From a virus, in IMG/VR virus record IMGVR_UViG_3300020165_000009: a stretch of DNA of 64,000 nucleotides, one strand, 5' to 3'. The notes beneath the pieces were generated by a model that was given only the letters and a program-made list of their open reading frames with translations, was not told the origin of the DNA and did not search any database. Position 1 is the stretch's first letter. Each line of letters begins with the position of its first letter. Shown piece after piece: positions 20,302 through 29,739 of this stretch. The translations under genes were made by a program, and so were the position numbers.

Positions 20302-21816
20302 ATGAGTGATTTCTTAAAATTAGTCCAGGAAGCGACACCGCCACATGTAATTGATCATTATGATAAAAATGCAAAGACAAAGAAGGGCGGTATACTTAAT
20401 AAAGTTGTGAGTGGTGTGCAGAAAGTATCGAGTGCTATAGATACCATTGAGAAGTATGGTACAGGTAAGTGGGATATCAATGATACTCTGCAGAAGATAT
20501 TAACAAAACAACTAGATAAGAGTACGGATAAGATGGGATTATTTGGTAAATCAAATTATAGTCAAATTAAACTCGGAGCTGATATCACTGACAAAATTAA
20601 TAATTATACCGATGGCGAGGACTATGACGTTAAGGCTGGTATTGAGAGAGCTAAAGCTGGTATTGAGAGGTCACGTGAGGGTATGAGTGGAATGCGCGAT
20701 ACTTTAGATGGGGCGTCGCAAAAGACTGACCCAGTTACAGGTGAGTCTACATTAAATGGTGGTTTTCTGAACATGATTAGTGAAGCTACGGCCGTATTAG
20801 ATAGAGATAGAGATGGTGAGTTTCAGAATACAGCACAAATGAAGGGTGATAAGGAGGGTAAGTCTGCACAATTAAAGGTCTGGGATGTGTTAAAGAGTGC
20901 TTTGGATTTACCAGAAGATGCACCTATGAAACTTACTCACCCAGATCCTCAATTGAGAGGTAAGAAAGAATTCGACAGAAGAATTGACTGGATTGCAAGA
21001 GGTGTACCTGCTTTTCTTAAGAATGTTAAAGAGGAATACCCAGATATACCATTTATCTTTAAAGATCATAGTAAAGAGGATGGATTGTCAGTCTCAGCAA
21101 TTGAGCAGGACGAGGAAGAGTTTAACTTTAACGATACTACTAGACAGAATTGGATCAAAACCCTAGGTGCAGAAAAAGCAGAGAAAATTGTTAGAGGGCT
21201 TGTAGATATATATCCCGGTGATCGTATTGTGTTTGATGAGCCAGTAGAAGATGAGCCAGTAGAAGACGAGCCAGTAAAACTAACTAGTGAAAATGCCTTG
21301 TTCAAACTAGCAGGCAGAACAAGCTTCGGTGCTAAAGGTATTCAATACACATTAAAGCCTGAGTTAGCGGATGTATCTAATATGCTTGAAGAGCGTGGTA
21401 TAAAATATCTAACGTTCTTATTACAGACAAACGATAATGCATTCAAGGCTCCAGAAAGTAATAATGGTGTTATATATGCGTATGATAATAATAACCAACC
21501 CATCAATCCAATAACTACTAAGGATGTAAATTTTCAATGGAACGGTCAAGAGGGCTTATATACTCTTAGTACTAATAATGCTACATTAATGGGTGTTAAG
21601 TATAGTGAAGGTCAGTTTGCTATTAATAAGGATGACGTAATGCCATTAACAGATGGTAATCATGTATTATATAGACCTGATGAAAATTCAGTATATATGA
21701 AATTTAAGATAGTACAGGATATGAACAACGCTGACAAGTACCTGATAGATAAGGATAAAGGAGTTGCAGCGACCAAGGAAGATATAGCAGAAGCAGAAGC
21801 AGTTGGAGACAAGTGA
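20302..21816 (+). CDS. Large hypothetical late protein, possible internal/ejected head protein
   Basis: TAAATA upstream; MSDFLKLVQEA leader and internal FLNMISEA resemble gp21 cleavage contexts. Confidence 0.55.
   Translation: MSDFLKLVQEATPPHVIDHYDKNAKTKKGGILNKVVSGVQKVSSAIDTIEKYGTGKWDINDTLQKILTKQLDKSTDKMGLFGKSNYSQIKLGADITDKINNYTDGEDYDVKAGIERAKAGIERSREGMSGMRDTLDGASQKTDPVTGESTLNGGFLNMISEATAVLDRDRDGEFQNTAQMKGDKEGKSAQLKVWDVLKSALDLPEDAPMKLTHPDPQLRGKKEFDRRIDWIARGVPAFLKNVKEEYPDIPFIFKDHSKEDGLSVSAIEQDEEEFNFNDTTRQNWIKTLGAEKAEKIVRGLVDIYPGDRIVFDEPVEDEPVEDEPVKLTSENALFKLAGRTSFGAKGIQYTLKPELADVSNMLEERGIKYLTFLLQTNDNAFKAPESNNGVIYAYDNNNQPINPITTKDVNFQWNGQEGLYTLSTNNATLMGVKYSEGQFAINKDDVMPLTDGNHVLYRPDENSVYMKFKIVQDMNNADKYLIDKDKGVAATKEDIAEAEAVGDK
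21235..21279 (+). repeat. 3 x 15-nt coding tandem repeat (DEPVE)
   Basis: gatgagccagtagaa gatgagccagtagaa gacgagccagtaaaa. Confidence 0.85.
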
Positions 21817-21903
21817 TCTCTCCCCCGTCCCTCTTATCTAAAGATATTTTAAGCTTACCATTTTTATAAATCAACTAGTTTTTTTTTATTTTATTAATTT
21901 AGT

Positions 21904-21930
21904 TGATTATGATCTTCTATAGGTTATAAT
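21904..21930 (+). promoter_or_regulatory. Sigma70-type promoter for queD
   Basis: TTGATT...TATAAT ending a few nt before the ATG at 21937. Confidence 0.6.
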
Positions 21931-21936
21931 ACAATT

Positions 21937-22566
21937 ATGAAATACTTATCTACTAAGGTTATACCCATGGGCAGTACTGCTTTTCGTCAATGGAAGGCGT
22001 ATAGTCATTGCAAATTTATTCACGGATACCGTTTACAATGTAAGTTATGGTTTTCAGCTGATGAGTTGGATGACCGTAACTGGGTATTTGATTTCGGTGA
22101 CTGTAAAGATATTAAGACAGCTTTAGAGGATCAATTTGACCATACTACGTGTGTAGCTGCAGATGATCCAGAGCTTCATAGCTTTCAGCATTTAGCTGAC
22201 CGTGGATTAATACAACTTCGTATTATGCAAGATGGTGTTGGAGTCGAGAGAGCGGCTGAGTGGGTATATAACAAAGCAAGTGAGATTGTTAAGGATAAGA
22301 CGCAAGGTAGAGTTACAGTCGCAAAGGTTGAGGTATGGGAGCATGAAGGTAATAGTGCCGTCTATGAACAATCGACTAGCTCTGCAGAAGATAAAAGTAA
22401 TGCAAAGCCTGATGTAGAAGCTGCTATGCGGACCGCAGCTGTTGTTGAAAATACGGTAACTGAAGTACCGCCTGCAGAACCTAATACCGAGCCCGGTCAT
22501 CCCCCTAAGCAGAGAGTAACTCAGGGTATGTCAAATCCATTCGGTGGAACGAGTTGGGGAGAGTAA
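21937..22566 (+). CDS. queD: 6-carboxy-5,6,7,8-tetrahydropterin synthase (QueD/PTPS) with low-complexity C-terminal extension
   Basis: SHCKFIHGY, WVFDFG, FDHT, VEVWEHEGNSA. Confidence 0.9.
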   Translation: MKYLSTKVIPMGSTAFRQWKAYSHCKFIHGYRLQCKLWFSADELDDRNWVFDFGDCKDIKTALEDQFDHTTCVAADDPELHSFQHLADRGLIQLRIMQDGVGVERAAEWVYNKASEIVKDKTQGRVTVAKVEVWEHEGNSAVYEQSTSSAEDKSNAKPDVEAAMRTAAVVENTVTEVPPAEPNTEPGHPPKQRVTQGMSNPFGGTSWGE

Positions 22567-22829
22567 TGAGTTTAGATAATGCTTACAATAGAGTACCAAA
22601 ACACACTGTAGGCAGTACAGGTATGGGAGCGCCTGTAGCGAGAGAAAGAGACCCTCAGCTCCAAAAACTGGAAAATGATATATTTGCAAAAATGAACCAG
22701 GCTATTGTACCTCGTACTCCTACACCGGACTTACCAGAAGTAAGGAGTATCGAGGTACAATCAGTTGGTTTTGAGCAAGCACTTAAAGAACTAGCTAATG
22801 GTATCGAGTCTCTCGACGATAAACCTTAA
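22566..22829 (+). CDS. Hypothetical protein
   Basis: TAATG overlap with the queD stop. Confidence 0.5.
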   Translation: MSLDNAYNRVPKHTVGSTGMGAPVARERDPQLQKLENDIFAKMNQAIVPRTPTPDLPEVRSIEVQSVGFEQALKELANGIESLDDKP

Positions 22830-23561
22830 TACCTTGCTTCTTACAATGTCATCACCTGTAAATTTGTAGGTATTAATACCCTGATCGATGCATGATTGAG
22901 AGTCAAAAGCTTTGTATATAGTATCAAAGCCACCTTTATCATTAATATCTGATTGATTTGTATCTCCCACAATCATATACTTACTATGGTTGCCGAAACG
23001 AGTTAGTAGCGTTATTAGCTCACTTTTTGTAAGGTTTTGTGCCTCGTCAATAATAACACACGAATTACGAAACGTCATACCTCTTGTAAAGTTGACGGGT
23101 AAGCAGGTAATATAGTTTTTATGTAGTAGATTACTAGCTACGTTCGGGTGAATTAATTCATCTAGTTTATCTACTAGCGGCATAGACCATGGTGCGAACT
23201 TATCCTCCATCTCACCAGGTAGAAAGCCTAAGCTCTTAGATGCACTCTCTACTATAGATCTAATATATACTATACTATCAACCTCTCTATCTCTTAACAT
23301 ATTAAGAGCAGCTAAAACAGCGATGTATGTTTTAGCTGTACCAGCTGGTCCATCCACAAACCCCATCTTAGTAGCTGGTTCCATCATTGCGGTATAAAAA
23401 CTATGTTGTGTTGGAGTTAGTTTAAAATGATGACTTATTTTGAATGTTAAATCAAAATCAGTCTGATTATTTTCAACTATCTCATCCATAATGTTAACAT
23501 TAGTGCTGTGAGATCTCCCCGACGCCTTCGAACTCTTGCGAGTACTCTTTTTTGTAGTCAT
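22791..23561 (-). CDS. phoH: PhoH family ATPase
   Basis: GPAGTAKT, LGFLPG, RGMTF, IIDEAQN, GDTNQSD, DIVRS. Confidence 0.95.
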   Translation of the reverse strand: MTTKKSTRKSSKASGRSHSTNVNIMDEIVENNQTDFDLTFKISHHFKLTPTQHSFYTAMMEPATKMGFVDGPAGTAKTYIAVLAALNMLRDREVDSIVYIRSIVESASKSLGFLPGEMEDKFAPWSMPLVDKLDELIHPNVASNLLHKNYITCLPVNFTRGMTFRNSCVIIDEAQNLTKSELITLLTRFGNHSKYMIVGDTNQSDINDKGGFDTIYKAFDSQSCIDQGINTYKFTGDDIVRSKVLRFIVERLDTIS

Positions 23562-23679
23562 TACACATATTTATACCATATATACTCAGTCCATGAAGCG
23601 TAAAAAGTTCATGTAAAAGGTATAAATAGTATATGAATTAGTTGATTATAACCTACCATGAGTTATAATAATACTAGTT

Positions 23680-24438
23680 ATGAACTTAGAAAAAGAAACA
23701 TTAATACTCTCTGACGATAAAATATTTTATACGATAGAGGGTGAAGGTGAGTATATAGGTCAGCGCTCTTTGTTTATGCGCATGGCGATGTGCAATCTAA
23801 CTTGCATTGGTTTTGCCTCTGAAGACTCTCCTCATGGTTGTGATTCCTTTATCTCTTGGAGTATTAAAAATAAGATGACTTTTAATGAGATCTTTCAGAT
23901 GATGGAAGACAATAACTGGATTGAAAAACTTGAGAAGGGTACTATATGGAAGCTTACCGGTGGTGAGCCTCTAATTCAACAGAAGCAACTACTTAAACTA
24001 GTTGAAGCGTTTATTGAGAAGTATGACTTCACCCCGAAGATTGACTTCGAGACGAACGCTACTCTTATGCCTAGCCCGAGATGGAAGGAAGAGTTTGATG
24101 CTACCTTCACAACTTCACCGAAGTTAACTACTAATGGTGACCCGGAGAATAAGACCTATAAGCCTGAAGTTCTCAAGTATCACAAAGAGATTAACTCTGG
24201 TTTTAAGTTTGTTATTAATGACCCTGCTGAAGATATAAAGGAGATATGGAGTAAGTACGTTGAAGATACAGAGGGTATTAATGTAAGTCTCGATAGAATC
24301 TGGTTCATGCCGTGTGCTGGTTCACGTGTGGAACATATTGCTAATGCTGAGGCGGTTGTTGAATACGCGAAGTTAATGCACGTTCACTTCTCACCTCGAT
24401 TGCATTTATTAGTGTGGGATAAGGCTCTTAAAGTCTGA
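23680..24438 (+). CDS. queE: 7-carboxy-7-deazaguanine synthase (radical SAM)
   Basis: IFYTIEGEG-YIG, FMRMAMCNLTC...CDS, TGGEPL, ETN, SPKL, SPRLH. Confidence 0.92.
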   Translation: MNLEKETLILSDDKIFYTIEGEGEYIGQRSLFMRMAMCNLTCIGFASEDSPHGCDSFISWSIKNKMTFNEIFQMMEDNNWIEKLEKGTIWKLTGGEPLIQQKQLLKLVEAFIEKYDFTPKIDFETNATLMPSPRWKEEFDATFTTSPKLTTNGDPENKTYKPEVLKYHKEINSGFKFVINDPAEDIKEIWSKYVEDTEGINVSLDRIWFMPCAGSRVEHIANAEAVVEYAKLMHVHFSPRLHLLVWDKALKV

Positions 24439-24453
24439 GTATTATCTTTAAAT

Positions 24454-24490
24454 AAAAAAAAGCCGTTCAATTAATTGAACGGCTTTTTTT
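24454..24490. terminator. Bidirectional intrinsic terminator
   Basis: A7-GCCGTTCAAT/ATTGAACGGC-T7 inverted repeat between convergent genes. Confidence 0.9.
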
Positions 24491-24527
24491 GGTATAATAT
24501 GTAGTATAATATGTGTTATGTAAAATC

Positions 24528-24935
24528 TTACAGATAACCTAAATTAACTAGCCTTCTGATACGAGGGCTTATTGAATTTCTATCCTGCGCTGTTACAACT
24601 TGCTCTTCAACACCAGTATCAAAAGTAAACCGAATGGAATTAAATTCCGGGTCTATAATAGCAAACTCCATACCAGCGTATGAGTCGTCAATATCCATTG
24701 TGAATTTGTATTCTGTGTCGAGTCCAAAACCTCCATAGGATGGGAAGCCTTCTGCAGATACTGAAACTGCTGTTGAGTTGCCAGTAGCACCAGGTATGTC
24801 TTGATATAATAGCTCGCAATCTAGACCAGCTGGTTCTAAGCCGTTTGGAAATGTATCGATGTTATTGGCAGTATCTTCATTAGGTACATTTGGTGCACCA
24901 GAGAATGTTAAGGCGTTTGTAAATGAGATAGGCAT
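24528..24935 (-). CDS. Hypothetical late (probable virion) protein
   Basis: TAAATA 6 nt before ATG; no motif recognised. Confidence 0.55.
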   Translation of the reverse strand: MPISFTNALTFSGAPNVPNEDTANNIDTFPNGLEPAGLDCELLYQDIPGATGNSTAVSVSAEGFPSYGGFGLDTEYKFTMDIDDSYAGMEFAIIDPEFNSIRFTFDTGVEEQVVTAQDRNSISPRIRRLVNLGYL

Positions 24936-24956
24936 ATTATTATTTAATATAAAAAG

Positions 24957-25178
24957 TTATTTTTTAGGAGGTAACCCGTAACGCTCTCTAAATGTAAGCT
25001 TCTTAGTTGGTGCTTTTTTAGACGTCTTCTTTACTGCCGGCTTCGTAGATGTAAAGAGAGCAATTGCTTTTGAGAGCAAGTTACTCTTTTTAAGTTTCTT
25101 ATCTAACTTAACACCCTTGTCTTTGCAGAGAACTTCGAGCTCGTCTTTAGACATACTTTTTAATTCTTTCTCGGTCAT
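24957..25178 (-). CDS. Small basic protein with HeH/Rho-N-like helical domain
   Basis: LKSMSKDELEVLCKDKGVKLDKKLKKSNLL pattern; Lys-rich tail. Confidence 0.55.
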   Translation of the reverse strand: MTEKELKSMSKDELEVLCKDKGVKLDKKLKKSNLLSKAIALFTSTKPAVKKTSKKAPTKKLTFRERYGLPPKK

Positions 25179-25226
25179 ATTAATATTTATGGTTGAATGT
25201 ATTATTTTTAAGGTTAAATAATATTT

Positions 25227-25430
25227 ATGGAAACAATAATTACACTAGTAGTATTCATCGCCGGTTTTATTACTGGCACGTTAGTTGCTCGCAATAACAT
25301 TAAGAAAATTAATTCAATCGTAGAGGATGCAGAAGATTTTACCGCAGCAGTTGATCGTAAAATTGATAAACTTCGCGATGAAGTAACTAAGAAACCTACC
25401 AAACGTGGGCGACCAGCTACTAAAAAATAA
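25227..25430 (+). CDS. Small single-pass membrane protein
   Basis: N-terminal hydrophobic helix, coiled coil, basic tail; TAAATA upstream. Confidence 0.55.
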   Translation: METIITLVVFIAGFITGTLVARNNIKKINSIVEDAEDFTAAVDRKIDKLRDEVTKKPTKRGRPATKK

Positions 25431-25445
25431 TTTAATATTATAAAT

Positions 25446-25520
25446 TCCTTGATAGCTCAGCGGTAGAGCGGGTGACTGTTAATCACTAGGTCCAAGGTTC
25501 GAATCCTTGTCGAGGAGCCA
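25446..25520 (+). tRNA. tRNA-Asn (anticodon GTT) with encoded CCA
   Basis: Acceptor stem TCCTTGA/TCGAGGA, D-arm AGCTCAGCGGTAGAGC, anticodon loop CT-GTT-AA, T-loop GGTTCGAATCC, 3' CCA. Confidence 0.95.
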
Positions 25521-25525
25521 CTTTC

Positions 25526-25557
25526 AAATAAGCAACCTATCGGTTGCTTATTTTTTT
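25526..25557. terminator. Intrinsic terminator after tRNA, probably bidirectional
   Basis: AATAAGCAACC-TATC-GGTTGCTTATT followed by T run. Confidence 0.85.
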
Positions 25558-26035
25558 ATTTACCACCTGGGGTGAAGTAGAATCCGATGATGCACCCCAA
25601 AGTGGCGACTGAGACCAGAGAGATGTGCCCTGTTGTAATGGCTGTTGTGATCGGGTCCGATGAGGGAAAAACAACCAATCCCCAGAGGAGGGAGAAATTT
25701 TCTTTATTTTCGGGTGGTGTAAAGGTGACGAGCTCGACTGCTGGCCAGAGGGTGCAAAGAATCGAAATGACTGCGAAGTTGAGCATCCCGATAAGAGCAA
25801 TAATGCGGCGAGTGCCGCGTGTGAACATACCAGCATCCTTATCCGCTTCACCGAACACTGCTTGTTGAAACTCAGCGTTTGATTTTTGGAGTGACATGTC
25901 TCTGATGAGCTCCCTCTTAGCACGCGCTTCATTTGCAAGTGATCTACTCTGCGCAATACCGCCGATAATTTTAAGCATCGAGCCCATACCAGTTGCTCCA
26001 AGTGTTGATAATAACATCGTAATAAGTCCAAACAT
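25556..26035 (-). CDS. Multi-pass membrane protein, putative holin
   Basis: Several hydrophobic helices ending IIGFYF, as in 3-TM phage holins. Confidence 0.5.
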   Translation of the reverse strand: MFGLITMLLSTLGATGMGSMLKIIGGIAQSRSLANEARAKRELIRDMSLQKSNAEFQQAVFGEADKDAGMFTRGTRRIIALIGMLNFAVISILCTLWPAVELVTFTPPENKENFSLLWGLVVFPSSDPITTAITTGHISLVSVATLGCIIGFYFTPGGK

Positions 26036-26113
26036 ATCATTTTACCTCCATTTTATATAAATATTTATACAGAACCGAAGCACTTCATGTAAAATGAATT
26101 GTATAACATTGAA

Positions 26114-26317
26114 ATGATTACATTTAAAACATTTTTTGAAAACTACGCCGATGGTAAGGTCAAGGGTAAAAGTAAAACGGGACGAGTAAAGCGAGCAGGT
26201 GCTAGTTGTAAGGACTCTATAACTGAACTAAAACGTAAAGCTAAGAAGTATAGTGGTGAAAAGGGCAAAATGTATCAATGGTGTCTTAATATGAAGAGAG
26301 GTAGAAAGAAGAAGTAA
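26114..26317 (+). CDS. Small basic protein with capsid-targeting-like leader
   Basis: MITFKTFFEN leader then YADGKVKGKSKTGRVKRAGASC. Confidence 0.6.
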   Translation: MITFKTFFENYADGKVKGKSKTGRVKRAGASCKDSITELKRKAKKYSGEKGKMYQWCLNMKRGRKKK

Positions 26318-26321
26318 TTAG

Positions 26322-26537
26322 ATGTTTATACTGGCTGGAATAGAACAATTGTTATTTGAAGTATTAGGTAGCCTCTTTAAAGAAGCTCTTAAGAAAATGG
26401 TAGCTGCGGCTGCATCACTAAAAGATGCTCCAGCTAGTTTTTTTATAACAGTCGGAGTTGTATGTACTAGCCTTATTGCATTAACTATTCTCTGCAAAAG
26501 ATATAAAAGAAGTAAATTTAAAGAAAATGAAGCATAA
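26322..26537 (+). CDS. Small membrane protein
   Basis: One TM segment; overlaps SOD start. Confidence 0.45.
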   Translation: MFILAGIEQLLFEVLGSLFKEALKKMVAAAASLKDAPASFFITVGVVCTSLIALTILCKRYKRSKFKENEA

Positions 26538-27153
26538 TTACGATCAACTAACTAACCTCATATTAGAGGGTCTAGGCGGGTATAAGCCAATCACACTACC
26601 ATACTCATTTAATGATTTAGAACCTCATATTGATGCGGAGACAATGAAGCTCCACTATAATAAGCACTATAAGGGCTACGTCAAAAAGCTAAACGACGCT
26701 ATCGGTAAAACTCACATACCATTGAGAGAATTAGTAGTTAAAGCTGCAAACAGAAAAGCAGATGTACGTAATAATGCTGGCGGAGCATACAATCATCAAC
26801 TCTTCTGGAATATGATGACACCTCATAAACATTCATGCAGAGGCTTGATAAAGGAAGCTATTGATAAGAAGTTTGGTTCCGTTGACAGTTTTTACGAAGA
26901 GTTTACAGCACAAGCAAAGTCGCATTTCGGCTCCGGTTGGGTATGGCTTATTAAAAGGGGTAATACCTTGAAGATTGTACAAACAGATAATCAGGATAAT
27001 CCTCTTATGTTTGATCAAGGAGAACCAATACTAGGTATTGATGTCTGGGAGCACGCCTATTATAAAAAGTATGGGCCGGATAGAGAGAAGTATATTAAAA
27101 ACTTCTTAAAGGTGGTTAACTGGGATTATTGTAATCAGCTATTATCGCTTTAA
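26527..27153 (+). CDS. sod: Fe/Mn superoxide dismutase
   Basis: LPYSFNDLEPHID, HYNKH, NNAGGAYNH, FGSGWVWL, DVWEHAYY. Confidence 0.95.
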   Translation: MKHNYDQLTNLILEGLGGYKPITLPYSFNDLEPHIDAETMKLHYNKHYKGYVKKLNDAIGKTHIPLRELVVKAANRKADVRNNAGGAYNHQLFWNMMTPHKHSCRGLIKEAIDKKFGSVDSFYEEFTAQAKSHFGSGWVWLIKRGNTLKIVQTDNQDNPLMFDQGEPILGIDVWEHAYYKKYGPDREKYIKNFLKVVNWDYCNQLLSL

Positions 27154-27805
27154 CTTCCTCTTTAAGGTAGTTGACGTGTATTTTTGACCACTCATGTTTT
27201 TCAGGATTTTTGTAGAAGATAACTAACCCATCACACTTCTTACCTGAGATTGCTTCATACATATGAGCATATAAAGATAGCTGCAGCGCATACGAATTAA
27301 ACTCACATACAGTTAGGTGACTCACCGGGCCATTCATATACTCACCATACTCATTGGTGTATCTGAAACGCTTATTTGTTTTAAAGTCTCCTACCTTAAA
27401 ACTATTTGTATTTTCATAAATTAAATCACCTGTACCTGCAATTCCATTAACTGTATCATATAGCTTTTCCTCAGCGCGCAGCTTAGGATAACCTTTAAAT
27501 ATATCTGCATGTGACTTGTACGATTTATAAAGATCTTTATATTGGTCTTCTCGTTTATCATCTACGAGAAAATCCTCCATTACTTTATGTATATGGGTAC
27601 CGTAATCACACGCTTTGTTTTTAACATCTTCCCATTGCTCTAGAATAAAGTCAACATGAACACCCTCACGCTTTGCAACTCGAGTTGCGTTACCTATTGC
27701 ATCAAACTTAGGTTTATATTTACCGAGCAGAGTTGTTACTGATATTAACTGCTTACCAGTCTCTGTATCTGTATACGTATGAGATGCTTCGTCAAAATGG
27801 ATCAT
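27116..27805 (-). CDS. PD-(D/E)XK (Cas4/RecB-like) exonuclease
   Basis: SVTTLL, GTHIH, IAGTGD, GDFKT, YALQLSLY. Confidence 0.85.
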   Translation of the reverse strand: MIHFDEASHTYTDTETGKQLISVTTLLGKYKPKFDAIGNATRVAKREGVHVDFILEQWEDVKNKACDYGTHIHKVMEDFLVDDKREDQYKDLYKSYKSHADIFKGYPKLRAEEKLYDTVNGIAGTGDLIYENTNSFKVGDFKTNKRFRYTNEYGEYMNGPVSHLTVCEFNSYALQLSLYAHMYEAISGKKCDGLVIFYKNPEKHEWSKIHVNYLKEEVKAIIADYNNPS

Positions 27806-27861
27806 ATTATTATTATAACTTAAGACCTTGAAAATGCAAATTCTTATTATAAAATATATGT

Positions 27862-28689
27862 ATGAGATTAGCTATTAGCGGTACGGGTTGTCAAGGGAAA
27901 TCAACATTAATTAAGGACTTCCTAGAAGAATGGCCCATGTATAAAACTGAAAGTCAGACGTACCGTGACGTACTTACTAGTGAGAAGTTACCTCACAGTA
28001 AAGAAGCTACTAAAGAGACACAATGGAGGATTCTCAATCATATGATTGATGAGATGCAGACCTTTAACCCCGGTGATAATGTCATTATGGACAGGTGCCC
28101 TATTGACAACTTAGTTTACTCTCTTTGGTGTTTTGAGAAAGGTGTTGGTGATATTGATAAGGAGTTTATTGATAAATGCATACCTCTTGTCTGCGAGAGT
28201 TTAAAGAATATAGACATCATATTTTTTACACCTATTACTAAAGCTGCTCCTATTACCCCTGTTGAAGATGGTGTACGTGAAACAGATTCTACCTATATTA
28301 AAGAAATTGATAACCTATTTAAAATGATAGGAGCTCAGCATATTGAAAACAACGGCCTCAATCCATTCTTTCCAAAAGAAGATGCGCCGGGTTGGATTGA
28401 AGTATTCGGAGACAGGCCTGTTAGAATCGCCATGATTAAGCAATATATCGATGAGACCGGTGATCTTGTCGGTGGGTGGGAATGTGCTCCGGAGCCTGAT
28501 ATCGTCGACCCTAATAATCAATCTGTTGGTGATAACGAAGAAGCAGCTGCAATGAAAGCATTAATCGATGATCAACAAAATGCTAAAGTGTTTGAGAAGG
28601 ATCTCGCAGATCAGAAGCAGCTAATTAAAGATACGCTAGGTGATAAAGAAATCGATGAGATTAACAGTCTATATAATCCCAAAGCTTAA
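27862..28689 (+). CDS. P-loop nucleotide-kinase-like protein (AAA_28/NadR-type)
   Basis: ISGTGCQGKSTL, MDRCPID-L-Y, EDGVRE. Confidence 0.7.
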   Translation: MRLAISGTGCQGKSTLIKDFLEEWPMYKTESQTYRDVLTSEKLPHSKEATKETQWRILNHMIDEMQTFNPGDNVIMDRCPIDNLVYSLWCFEKGVGDIDKEFIDKCIPLVCESLKNIDIIFFTPITKAAPITPVEDGVRETDSTYIKEIDNLFKMIGAQHIENNGLNPFFPKEDAPGWIEVFGDRPVRIAMIKQYIDETGDLVGGWECAPEPDIVDPNNQSVGDNEEAAAMKALIDDQQNAKVFEKDLADQKQLIKDTLGDKEIDEINSLYNPKA

Positions 28690-28709
28690 GCTCTCAGCCT
28701 AAATCACTT

Positions 28710-28916
28710 TTACGGATTTAACGCTGCGGAGAGCTCTGCGATCTGAGTTGTATGTAGTTCGATAGTACTACCGAACGTAGTATTTTCTAAACCTACAACG
28801 AAGTTGCTAAAATTTAACCTATTAGTCGCATTAGGTGTCTGGAGGATTATAAAGTCTCCATTAACGACTTGATTGGTTTCCGGTAACTGATTGATACTAA
28901 CGTCTGTGCTTGCCAT
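28710..28916 (-). CDS. Small late protein resembling a tail-fibre N-terminal module
   Basis: VSINQLP...GDFIILQ pattern; TAAATA upstream. Confidence 0.5.
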   Translation of the reverse strand: MASTDVSINQLPETNQVVNGDFIILQTPNATNRLNFSNFVVGLENTTFGSTIELHTTQIAELSAALNP

Positions 28917-28944
28917 ATAAATTATTTATTATAAAATATATATA

Positions 28945-29739
28945 ATGTCAAAGATTGGTGTAGGTATAATAACGTGTAATAGAAATGATTTTTACATTAG
29001 GTGTATTAAAAGCATTAAATCTGACTGGTTCGATGAGATTGTTACCATTAATGACGGTGATGAGCCTATAGCAACTACAGACGCTCCTCATCGTCATATT
29101 ATTAACAACGGGAGGAATTTAGGTGTTTGTAAGAGTAAAAATAAAGCGCTTACACACCTATTATCAAAAGGCTGTGAGTATATTTTTCTCGTAGAGGATG
29201 ATATGGTGTTTAAAGGTAATGCGTTTGAAGAATATATTAGAGCAAGTAAGATTACTGGTATACAACATATGTCGTTTGCATACCATGGACCGGCTAATAA
29301 AGGTAATATTAGTAAAGGTAAACCTAAGCCGAGAAAGGTAATTGATTACGGTGACGTAAAAATTGCACTAAATCAGCACTCAGTTGGTGCTGTATGTTTT
29401 TATACCAAGGAAGCATTAGATAGTGTAGGTATATTTGATGAAGAGTTTGATAAAAATAATTTTGAACATGTAGAGCATTCTTATAGTCTCGCCAAAGCCG
29501 GTTACAGTACACCTTACTGGTGGTGGGCTGATATAGCTAATAGTTGCGATCTTATTCAAGAACAGGCTTGTAGTGAAGAATCCTCGTCAATAAGAAGAGG
29601 TGATGATTGGCAGCAAAAAATAATCGACAGTGCATACTTATTTCAGAAGAAGCATGGCTATATGCCGGCATGGCAAAATGCAGTCCCCGATACACCATTG
29701 CCTGACGTTATTAAGATTTTAAAGAGTATGAAAAAATGA
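28945..29739 (+). CDS. Glycosyltransferase family 2
   Basis: GIITCNR, INDG, NLGVCKSKN, FLVEDD, VGIFDEEF. Confidence 0.85.
   Translation: MSKIGVGIITCNRNDFYIRCIKSIKSDWFDEIVTINDGDEPIATTDAPHRHIINNGRNLGVCKSKNKALTHLLSKGCEYIFLVEDDMVFKGNAFEEYIRASKITGIQHMSFAYHGPANKGNISKGKPKPRKVIDYGDVKIALNQHSVGAVCFYTKEALDSVGIFDEEFDKNNFEHVEHSYSLAKAGYSTPYWWWADIANSCDLIQEQACSEESSSIRRGDDWQQKIIDSAYLFQKKHGYMPAWQNAVPDTPLPDVIKILKSMKK

Noticed and set aside
21235-21279. 15-nt tandem repeat as a regulatory or contingency locus
   Set aside because: In-frame DEPVE linker expansion; similar low-complexity repeats occur in the portal tail and lysozyme linker.
22791-23561. phoH as a novel auxiliary gene
   Set aside because: Very common in T4-like phages; nothing unusual here.
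25537-26040. 167-aa alternative-frame ORF over the holin-like gene
   Set aside because: Same-strand shadow frame with no recognisable features; it also runs into the terminator.
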